A program made the position numbers and the translations under genes. A stretch of 63,884 nt of DNA, counting the filler, from Octopus bimaculoides (Eukaryota), in the NCBI RefSeq assembly GCF_001194135.2. It is 4 parts of 4 records of this genome, joined end to end, with 100 filler letters (N's around TTAATTAATTAA, not from the genome) between each part and the next. Parts side by side here need not be neighbours in the genome. Positions count along the whole stretch, not along the records: positions 48,647 to 62,416 come from NC_069003.1; positions 62,517 to 63,884 come from NC_069002.1; 2 more parts are not named here. The stretch is one strand, 5' to 3'. The notes beneath the pieces were generated by a model. That model saw nothing but the letters and a program-made list of their open reading frames with translations. It ran no database searches and was not told the origin of the DNA. Shown here one piece after another: positions 53,828 to 63,884 of this stretch (its first letter is position 1; every line of letters begins with the position of its first letter).

Positions 53828-53995
53828 ATATACGACGGTCTTCTTTCAGTTTCCGTCTACTAAATCAACTCACAAAGCTTCAGTCGGTCCGACGCTATAG
53901 CAGAAGACACTTGCTCAACGTGCCACGCAGCGGGACTGAACCCTGAACCATGTGCTTTGGAAGCAAGCTTCATCCCACACAACCACGCCTGCATC
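53735..53995 (-). mobile_element. SINE family B, 5' half with internal (CA)n
   Basis: Reverse complement of the family B head through the internal tract. Confidence 0.85.
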
Positions 53996-54094
53996 TATAT
54001 ACACATATCATCCACAGATATGCACGTGACATAATTGATATTTTCGGCGCCATCTTAGCAGATTAACGGTTTCACTATCTGTGTTATTCTTTAG

Positions 54095-54142
<48 letters not shown>

Positions 54143-54332
54143 CCTCTGTATCTCTNNNNNNNNNNNNNNNNNNNNNNNNNNNNNNNNNNNNNNNNNNNNN
54201 NNNNNNNNNNNNNNNNNNNNNNNNNNNNNNNNNNNNNNNNNNNNNNNNNNNNNNNNNNNNNNNNNNNNNNNNNNNNNNNNNNNNNNNNNNNNNNNNNNNN
54301 NNNNNNNNNNNNNNNNNNNNNNNNNNNNNNNN

Positions 54333-54387
<55 letters not shown>

Positions 54388-54504
54388 TGTATCTCTGACT
54401 CTCTCTCTCTCTCTCTGTATCTCTGACTCTCGGGCTACAAATACATAAAAACTCCTAATAAAACACATGAGATAAATATAAAAAATATGAGGAACTTTGG
54501 CTTA

Positions 54505-54745
54505 AAGCGCACTTGAAGTGCACCAAAAAGATGAAGACTTTTTTTTATCGCCTGATGTAAATATATTGGTACCTGATAAAAATGATGACAAACTAAATAA
54601 TGAGTAGGAGTTTAGTGTTGAACTGTTGCAAATAAAACAGAAAATGTTGAGCGTAGATATCATAAAGGAAGTAAAAACAGATGCGAACATCAATATCACC
54701 AGGATCAATCAACTAATCTGTACAGCAGCCGACGTAGTTACAAAG
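54505..54745 (+). pseudogene. Possible R4/Dong-like pre-RT fragment
   Basis: Peptide ..NINITRINQLICTAADVVT resembles the pre-RT motif of R4-type elements. One in-frame stop upstream. Confidence 0.3.
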
Positions 54746-54816
54746 GAAAGCGGGTAGCGAGTGAACGTTTATCGTAGATGAACATCTGAAGACAAACAGG
54801 CCCCGTGGAAAACAAA

Positions 54817-54872
<56 letters not shown>

Positions 54873-56010
54873 GAGATGGAAAATAAGATAAACTCTTAAA
54901 CTTCTAATTGAAATTAAACAAAGAAAAGACAGGAGTGTGTGTGTGGAAGAGAGAGAGAGAAAGCAGAAGGAAGGAGAGAGGGAGGGGCGGGAGAGAAAGA
55001 AATATAACAAAACAATAAGAAAAACTTATTTTTTATTAAAAAAAGCCAGGAAGAAATCTTTGTTAAATCGTAATNNNNNNNNNNATAAGATAAACTCTTA
55101 AACTTCTAATTGAAATTAAACAAAGAAAAGACAGGAGTGTGTGTGTGGAAGAGAGAGAGAGAAAGCAGAAGGAAGGAGAGAGGGAGGGGCGGGAGAGAAA
55201 GAAATATAACAAAACAATAAGAAAAACTTATTTTTTATTAAAAAAAGCCAGGAAGAAATCTTTGTTAAATCGTAATGAATTCATTTTTATACAAAAAAAA
55301 AACAGTTTTTCTTTTATTTTTATAAAGGCTTGGGAGCGGCGGTGTGATTAAAAAACTCACTTTGGAGTCACGTGGTTCCAGATTCTGTCCCACTGCGTGG
55401 CACCTTCGGCAAGTGTCTTCTGCTATAACCTGTTCACGGTGGCAGTGGGAATAATAATAAAAGAGAGAGAAAAATTAACGATTCACTGTAATTATTAGAA
55501 TATAACATTGTACAAATATAGAATTACTACAAAATAAAATCCACGGCAAAAAATATAAAATATTGACAGCTTTGAACAAAAATATTTCCTCATCGCACGA
55601 CATTCACGTCGCAATAAGCGAAGAAAATGTTTTAAAATCATAATAGAGAACATGTAAGGATCCTAATTGCACTCTGATTAAGTTGGACAGAGCATATCGT
55701 TAAGGAGGAAGTTTCATAACGTCCATAAAATTATGTGAAACATCAATAAATATCGTAAGCGATAGGCGTATGCTAATGGCGGGTGACGTCATACAAGAAA
55801 TACCGGCGTTCAGAATATTAAAAAAAGCAAACAAAAGAAAAAATACAGCTACTCGAAGCACATTAAGTTAATGTAAGCATATGTATGTATATATACACAC
55901 ATACATACATACATGTTTAGGAGAAAGTATTGTAACAAGAGGTTGTAACCCCGAGTAATGATTAATGAGGTCAGTGGGGATCATGTGTTTATTTATTTAT
56001 TTTTTAATAA

Positions 56011-56214
56011 TTTACTTCTTTCAGTCATTAGACTGCGGCCATGCCGGGGCGCCGCCTTGAAGAATTGTTAGTCAAATGAATCGATCCCAGTACAGTTTTT
56101 TTAAAGCCTGTTACTCATTCTGTCGCTCTCTTTTGCCGACTCGCTAAGTTATGGGGATGTAAACAAACCAACACCGGTTGACAAGCAGTAGTGGGAAATA
56201 GACATGGACACAAA

Positions 56215-56262
<48 letters not shown>

Positions 56263-56410
56263 CGACGGGATTCTTTCAGTCTGGCGAATCCACTTACTAG
56301 GCCTTGGTCGACCCGAGGCTATAGTAGAAGACACTTGCCCAAACTGCCACGCAGTGAGACTGAACCCGGAACCATGTGGTTGGGGAGCAAGCTTCTTACT
56401 ACACTGCCAC
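56011..56410 (-). mobile_element. SINE family B, near full length
   Basis: Colinear in reverse with 28143-28546. Confidence 0.88.
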
Positions 56411-56629
56411 TATATATAGTAGTAATAAGAATAATCNNNNNNNNNNNNNNNNNNNNNNNNNNNNNNNNNNNNNNNNNNNNNNNNNNNNNNNNNNNNNNNN
56501 NNNNNNNNNNNNNNNNNNNNNNNNNNNNNNNNNNNNNNNNNNNNNNNNNNNNNNNNNNNNNNNNNNNNNTATACATACATACATACATACATACATACAC
56601 AATTCTTTAATCCACTCCTAAACAACATA

Positions 56630-57245
56630 ATTGAGAGAGAGCTGAATGAACTCAACAAATTCTGGTTTTTGATAAATAATATTAATAATACAAAGGGCGA
56701 CAATCCGCATGTATACCACTCCAAGCTAACTACAACAACCTTCTTTCAGATATCACAGTCTGTTCCACTCATTTAGTAATCACAGCTATTTGGCAAACAA
56801 TTTCTCAAATTTTCTCAGACCATCAAACAATTACCTTTACAATACATTCGCACATCAATGAAGGAAACAAACACTTTTTTAAAGTTCGAAGAAAAAAGAA
56901 AAAAAGAGAAAAAGAAACGTAAATCTATAAGCGAAACCCAGTAAAACGAGTTTAATGATGAAAGAGGATGAAGGCTTTTAGAATACAATAACGCCACAAT
57001 CTCCGACCTAGATTTTGCAGTAAAAACATTCAACCAAATAATTAAAGATACTGAAAAAAAAAAAAAAAAAAGCATATTCAACATGGCACCGTAACTAATA
57101 CGGTCTTAATTACACGTGAGAAATATCGAAGCTCATAAAAACCAGGAAGCAGCCGAAATAACGGGACACAGAAATGAAGTAGAACAGTATAACATTAAAC
57201 AACAAAACAAGGTAACAACATAAAGAGAAGGGGCAAATATGGTTT
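56630..57245 (+). pseudogene. APE-type LINE fragment (endonuclease C-terminus and linker), decayed
   Basis: TCAGACCATCAAACAATTACCTTTACAATA encodes SDHQTITFTI (APE SDH motif). Downstream EISKLIKTRK..NNKTR..KEKGQIW resembles the post-EN linker. Many stops. Confidence 0.5.
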
Positions 57246-57273
57246 AATATGGGACCTAAAAAACAGATAAAAG

Positions 57274-57655
57274 CGAAGAAATGGCTGTGTGGTTAGGAAC
57301 TTGCTTTGCAACCACGGGATTTCGAGTTCAGTCCCATTGCACGGCAATTTAGGCGTCGTCTACTATAGACCAAAGCCTTATCAGTGAATTTGGTTGACCG
57401 AAACTGTGGGGAAGCCCATCGTTTATATGTGTGTGCCTGTGTGTGCGCGTATCTTCGTTTTTGTCTCCATCACTTCTAGCCAAAAAAATGTTGGTTTGTT
57501 AACGTCTCCGTAACTTAGCGGTTCGGCCAAAGAGATCCGATAGAATAAGTATCAGACCCGAAACAAATTAAGTTCTGGGGTCGATTTGTACCACTAAAAC
57601 CCTTCAAGGCGGTGCTCCCGCATGGCCAGAATCCATGATAACAAAACATAAAGGA
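57274..57655 (+). mobile_element. SINE family B, older diverged full-length copy
   Basis: All family B modules are present but diverged. Confidence 0.82.
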
Positions 57656-58149
57656 TGTACAGCAAAACACCTAATAATCATCATCATCATTGTCATCATC
57701 ATCATCAACACCACCACAACCACCACCATCACCACCAAATGACCCGTCCTTTTTTTTTTGTATCGTCTGTCTGGATGATTTGTTGCCCCCTTTTTTGTAT
57801 CATCTAACTGTCTGGATGTTTTGCGTTCTTGTCCCATTTTTGGTCTTCCTTTTTATATAAACAAAGTTTACTGACTGAGAAGCAGACGACACGAAGTAGA
57901 ATTGGAAGGATTCTTGACCGAGGCACAGAATCAAAATCTTCTCTTCAGAAGCCACTGAATGCATCAGTGGCACAGCTGATGTGTGTGCCGCTCGTAAAGA
58001 CCCTTAAGTGTGTTGCTCCCACCTCTCCACTCTGTCCTCTATAAAAGCTTATACTATAAACCCAAAAGTGCCGCCAAGGGCGGATCGTTCCCCCGTCATA
58101 CCTCTCGCTGTGCTACATGTAAATAAACATAACATTAAAAAACTACAGA

Positions 58150-58420
58150 TTATTAATATTGTAAATAGAGGAGTGACAATTAAGCTGGTTGTCTCTGGTT
58201 GTCCAGAGAATATATTTACAAATGTAGCAGAGCTGGGTCTTCCATTCTTTAGAAATTATAACAGCATCCTGAAATACAAACGGAAAGGAAGTTGTTTCAG
58301 CATACCGGATAAAAAGAGGCTCAAAGACTAACAAAACGGCCGTAATCTGGGATTTTCCAGTGTTCGGAGATAGAAAAACGATGTCTAATCGTTCGGATAT
58401 TGTTGTCAACGGCCATCAGG
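58150..58420 (+). pseudogene. R4/Dong-like RLE endonuclease-region fragment
   Basis: TIKLVVSGCPE (end of zinc knuckle) and AVIWDFPVFGDRKTMSNRSDIVV (the WD..I.TD....NRPDIVV motif of RLE endonucleases). Confidence 0.65.
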
Positions 58421-58812
58421 AAAGGGAAGTGGCTCCAAAGAGAAGGTTCAGTCCCAACAGACGGCGATGTATCGCCACATAAAATGGACAAATTATTCAA
58501 ATATAAATAATAGAGATAACGAATGGAAAGAGGAACAATGCCTGCAATAATTGGTGCCTTGGGAAGGACGAACAGTGGCACAAAAATAAATACAGAAAGG
58601 AAAACATGCTGCTCTTGCACACACACACACACACACACACACAATAGAACGCTATTAGCTGCTGGCTATTGGCACACCACGTGAGTATATTATATGGAGT
58701 ACTTAGAATAAAATAGAAAACATGGCACACATCTGAGGTGGACGAAGCTACGATTTGTGGAAGGAATTCACGCGAAAACCAAAAGAAAATGAAATATTTT
58801 TAGAACAATTGT

Positions 58813-59220
58813 TATTCTTTCTGTCATAGGCACAAGGCCTGAAATTTGTAGGAAGGAAGTTAGTCGACCCCAGAGCACAACTGGTACTTATTTTATGGAT
58901 TCCGAGAGGGTAGCGTTTGAACTCAGAATGTAAACAGCCGGAAGAAATGTGACTAAGCATTTTGTCCGGCATGCTAACGATTCTGCCAGCTTGCCGCCTT
59001 TCTTTCTAATTTTGATACAAGGCCAGTAATTTTGAGGGTGGGAGAAGGGTCGAGGGTAAGTTGATTACATCGGCTTCAGTAATTGACTGGTTCTTTAATT
59101 TTGTGAAGCCCAAAGGGATGAAAGGAGAAGCTGACCCCGGCGGAATTTGAACTCAGAACGTAATGAGTCGGAAGAAATACCGCTAGGCATTTTGTCCGAC
59201 GCGCTAACGATTCTGCCAAC
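58813..59220 (-). mobile_element. Two tandem family C SINEs (58813-59000, 59003-59220)
   Basis: Two TTTGAACTCAGAA..GCATTTTGTCCG..GCTAACGATTCTGCCA blocks. Confidence 0.85.
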
Positions 59221-60759
59221 CCAAATCCTCAATAATGAGAACAACAAGAACAACAACGAAGTCGTTTAAAAAAAAAAGTTGAAGTGTTTTGGCGGGTTCG
59301 GGAGGCGAGTGTAATAGTTCCCCTGCACCAACAACAACAGCAATAACAACATCATACAATGTATTTGAATGCATTCAGCCGAAATGCTGTTTGATGGTCT
59401 ATTTATTGTAATACATCGAAGCTATTCCGCACAATCTAACTGCACAACAATGGCGGCGGCGGCGGCAGTCAATAAACCAAGTGTTTAGTTTTAAAGCAGC
59501 CAAGGCAAATATCTCTCATTGTCCAGCTGGAAATTAACTGGAGAGCTCTCCACCACCACCGTCACCACCGTCACCACCGTCACACAGCACTCACATTTAC
59601 ACACACACGCACACACACATACACACACACTTACATCCTGTTGTTATGTCATGTCTTTCGGCAGCTTGGTGGAAATATCACCGGCTACTTTCGTTCCCTG
59701 TAACCATTCCCTTGCAGGCATTCTCCTTTTACTTCCTGTCTTTCTTTCTGTCTTTTTTCTTCTCTCCCTCCCTCCCTTTCTTTTACACCTGCTTTCTTCT
59801 TATCCCTCTCTTTCTGTCGTTCTATCACTCAATATATTTCCTTCTCTTTCTCCCTCACTGTCATACACACACACACAACACACAAACACACTTTCCCTCG
59901 TTCGTCCACTCTTATATATATATNNNNNNNNNNNNNNNNNNNNNNNNNNNNNNNNNNNNNNNNNNNNNNNNNNNNNNNNNNNNNNNNNNNNNNNNNNNNN
60001 NNNNNNNNNNNNNNNNNNNNNNNNNNNNNNNNNNNNNNNNNNNNNNNNNNNNNNNNNNNNNNNNNNNNNNNNNNNNNNNNNNNNNNNNNNNNNNNNNNNN
60101 NNNNNNNNNNNNNNNNTATGTATAATATCCAAACATACGCGCGCGCGCACGCACTCACACAAATCCTCATCATACACGTTGGTATATATTTCATTCGGTT
60201 CACGAAACATGGCAAAACAAAGGAGGTTATCTGTGATAAGGTGGAAGGGGGGGGGGTTGCACGTGTGTAAAAAACAACAAGCAAAAAAAAAAGAAGAAGA
60301 ATGAAATAACACATGAAGAAAGTATGAAAAAATAACAGGAAAGAGAGAGAGAGAGATAGAAAGAGAGAGATAGAGAGAGAGAGAGAGGAAGTGGAGGAGA
60401 GATTGAAAGGAGGAGGAGGAGAGCTGAAGAGAAAGTTGATGGATGAAGTTGGAGAAGAACAGCAAAGAAAAACAAACATATTGGATGCTGGCTGAGGTAG
60501 GAAGAGGGCAACGGGTAATCGAAAAGGTAGGATGAAACTGATACACAAACACACACACACAGAGTTTCTTCACTGAAGATTTATTGGTAGACTCGGAGCA
60601 ATTGTAGAAGACACCTGATCAAGATGCCACGCAGTGAGATTGAACCCGACACCTGTATCTTCGTCTGGAAATCACCAAAGTTGAGTAATTGCAATGCCTG
60701 TGAACAGAGTTTCCTCAACAGCGTTGTAGCCCTCCCCAACCGAAGCCTTTCGAAAAACC

Positions 60760-61345
60760 AAAAAGTTTGTGTATCTAGGCAGCGGGTGGAAGAGAGGAGG
60801 ATGTGAGGTTCAGGAGTGACGAGGCCTGGTGTGCTTTCAACAATCTTCGACTGGTCTGGAGTTCCAAAGCCATCTCCCTCAAAACAAAATTCTGCATCTT
60901 CAATTCCAGCATCAAGGCCGTTCTTCTTTTAAGGCTCAGAAACTTGGAGAATCACCAAAGCCGTAAAGATTAATCTACAGACTTTCGTCAACAAATCTCT
61001 GCGCTACATCCTCAAGATCTGGTGATCGGACAAAATTTAAAACGGAAGTCTTTGGGATTGAACCAACCAAATTGCCATCAAGCAAGAAATTCTGAAAAGG
61101 TAATGGGGCTGGATCAGTCACAATCTAAGGAGACTTCTAAGCAGCGTTGCAAGACAAGTGTTAGACTGGGAATCTGAAGGAATATAAAGGGAAGTTGGCT
61201 GAGCTAAGAAGACCTGAAAAGGATGCGTGGAAGATGAAGCAAAAACAATTGGACTTTCTTGGTCTGAAGGCAGACCAAGGTGACGTCCACTGACATGATG
61301 TAGTGATGTGCCCCTATGCTCCTTGCCGATAAATGGAGATTAACT
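60760..61345 (+). pseudogene. RTE-clade LINE 3' fragment (post-RT C-terminal domain), decayed
   Basis: KFVYLGS..AFNNLRLVWSSKAISLKTKFCIFNSSIKAVLL-GSETWRITK..LQTFVNKSLRYILKIW..WGWISHNLR..RQVLDW is a typical RTE C-terminus. Multiple stops and frameshifts. Confidence 0.9.
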
Positions 61346-61531
61346 AATTAGCTTTTTTTTTTTACCATTAATACCTGCGAGCTATGTCGGGTATTTGAAC
61401 TGCTTCATTAGATCCAGTTTTTGGTCTTGCACAAAGACGTCTGTTGGGATTGGCAGCGTCAGCGTTTGACATGACAAACTCATACCAAATAGTTATAGGC
61501 TTGCGGAAGAGACACAGGCACAGTATATGTA

Positions 61532-61570
<39 letters not shown>

Positions 61571-61902
61571 ACACACATATATACATATATACTATGTATG
61601 TATATATATATATTAATGTATGTATATATACATATAGTAATAATAACAATAATATATGTATGTGTATCTATCTACTTATATTTCTATATGTGTGTCTGTG
61701 TATGTATGTATGTATGTATGTATGTATGCATGTATGTATGTATGTATGTGTGTAAGTATGTATGCATGCATACACGTATATGTATGTAGTATGTAGTATG
61801 TATGTGTATGAATGTATGCATATAAATTTGCTAAAAGAATTCTGTAAACCAATTTATTCGCTCTGGAATTTTTGTTGCTCTTCATCATTGATTCAAGAAT
61901 TA

Positions 61903-61950
<48 letters not shown>

Positions 61951-63129
61951 TGTGTGCATTATATATATATATATATATATATAGATGTGTGTGTATATGT
62001 AAGTAGGCATATATATGCATATATGTACGTTTATGAATGGATATGTATATATATACGTATATGTATGTATGCATGTGTGTATATGTGTGCGTGTGTTCGT
62101 CAGCGTGTATCTGCATATACTCCGAGTAAGCGTCTCTTACGAGTGTGTCGGCTTCCCCTAAATTACGTCACTCATTTACGATTCCTCATCTTCCATCTTC
62201 GTTGCACTTGCTTCGCTCACTCCCTCCCCTTCTCTCTCTCTCTCTCACTCTCTCTCTCTAAATATATATGTGTGTGTGTGTGTGTGTGTGCGTGTGTGTA
62301 TGTAAGTATGTATAGTTTTGAGAGATCCAAGAAAAGGCAGAGAGAGAGAGAGAGAGAGAGATGAAGAAAGCGTGATTCATGAAAATTGTTTGAGAGGGAG
62401 GAATCATAGCAATGAGNNNNNNNNNNNNNNNNNNNNNNNNNNNNNNNNNNNNNNNNNNNNTTAATTAATTAANNNNNNNNNNNNNNNNNNNNNNNNNNNN
62501 NNNNNNNNNNNNNNNNTATATATATATATATATTTGTACGTATGTATGTGTATGCCCGCTGCTATTCGTTTCTGTTAAAATTACTTCATTACGGTTGAAG
62601 GGAGCCATGTTTGGATTAAGATTAGATTGGAATCGAAGAATAAGAAATGAAATTCTAGCTCGCAATTCGGCTTAGTCTCTGTCGGCTATCTTTAAATATG
62701 TATTGCCTTTAAAGCTAGTGGGGATGTGAGAAGTGACGGAGGCGTGTGATAGTTGTTTGGAAGCGCAAATGGTGAGAAATGAAAATTGGCGTGTTGATTG
62801 CTAGCCTAGCTAAATGCTGATATTACATAGTTTTGTAGCTTCGAGTTGAAGTGCTTCTGGAAAAGAGTCTACGCGATGAATATTCCGCTTTGCTTATCTC
62901 CTTTGTCCAATGCAACGGTAGGAGCAGTGTTTAACTCGTGTTTCTTGAGTTACACCAGGTTTATCAACAGAGTAAACGTAGACAGCTGAATATAGGAGGA
63001 AAGAGATGACCTCAGTTCTAGAATTCCTGTAAATTCCAGCACTGATGTGTGTGTGTGTTTGTATGTGCATGTGTGTGTTGGTCACAAATCTTGACGCGAG
63101 GTCAGCAGTTTCGGAGAAAGGGCTACGTC

Positions 63130-63252
63130 GTTTAAAGCCGACCTCGAAAGGATGAAAGGTAAAATTGACCTCGGCAGAATTTGTATTTCGAACGTGCAAA
63201 GGAAGTAAATGCGGCAAAGAATGTTGCTGGTTTGCCAACCTTTCCGCCAGCT
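63130..63252 (-). mobile_element. SINE family C, 5' half, decayed
   Basis: GACCTCGAAAGGATGAAAGGTAAAATTGACCTCGGCAGAATTTG..TTTCCGCCAGCTCGC. Confidence 0.8.
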
Positions 63253-63853
63253 CGCTGTCTCACACAGACACAAACACACACCCACACACATAATCACACA
63301 TACACACACACACACACACANNNNNNNNNNCAGCACGACAGAAATGTCCTTACGTGGCTTAGCAAGACTGACAATTTTAAATACGAAGACGTGGGTTGAA
63401 GTGATACAAATTTGCGGTCGTTAACACGCTAGATTTATTCCAATCTATCTCACCTCTTCCTTGAATATGTCTTTCTACGCAATGCAACATAATGCAACAG
63501 ACTCCAGGAACTAAAGAAATGTATTTCGTTTGCGATAAATTTCAATTATACATTTTTGCCTATTTCGCTTCTATGTTTCGTTGGATACAACCCTCTCCAA
63601 TGAGTTAACCGATTTCGTGTACTGCACACATTGCTAATGCAAAATAATGAGAAAATATCGCAAACTTCATTGGACGATCGTGTCTCAAGCAATTTGTTAT
63701 CGATATATTACTATACAGTACATACCTGTTCGGTGAATTAATATTAAATTTTAACGTTTGTTCGCCTGTATACATACGTACATGCATGTATACATATACA
63801 TACATACATGCATACATGTACATATGTGTATATATCTATAACTATATATACAT

Positions 63854-63884
<31 letters not shown>

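Noticed and set aside
54883-55276. Exact 192-bp direct repeat (54883-55074 and 55085-55276)
   Set aside because: The copies flank a 10-N gap exactly, which indicates unmerged overlapping contig ends.
59446-59490. ACAATGGCGGCGGCG as a translation start or YY1 site (also CAAGATGGCG at about 20667)
   Set aside because: The ORF ends after about 12 codons, the motif overlaps (GGC)n, and there is no other promoter evidence.

Overview
Eukaryotic, AT-rich, repeat-dominated window with about 8.5 kb of N gaps (hand count). The SINE families and the extreme microsatellite load look like an octopus (coleoid cephalopod) genome; this is recognition from memory, not a database hit. I find no intact protein-coding gene, tRNA, rRNA or CRISPR array, and nearly all ORF-track entries are translations of microsatellites or N runs. 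The real content is: (i) dozens of copies of tRNA-headed SINEs in at least four families (my labels A-D), two with clear target-site duplications, plus a TAA-tailed repeat (E); (ii) decayed LINE fragments (two RTE-like, two or three R4/Dong-like, one APE-LINE); (iii) Penelope-like termini carrying hammerhead-ribozyme-like motifs, one as a tail-to-tail fold-back; (iv) a 69-bp element found twice inside (TAA)n tracts; (v) a 42-bp (14-codon) minisatellite; (vi) a few isolated near-perfect hairpins; and (vii) synthetic assembly spacers and overlap duplications. The best leads are the hammerhead fold-back at 30.6 kb, the apparent (TAA)n-targeted retroposon set, the 42-bp repeat and the modular SINE architecture. 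None proves a new system without the checks listed.
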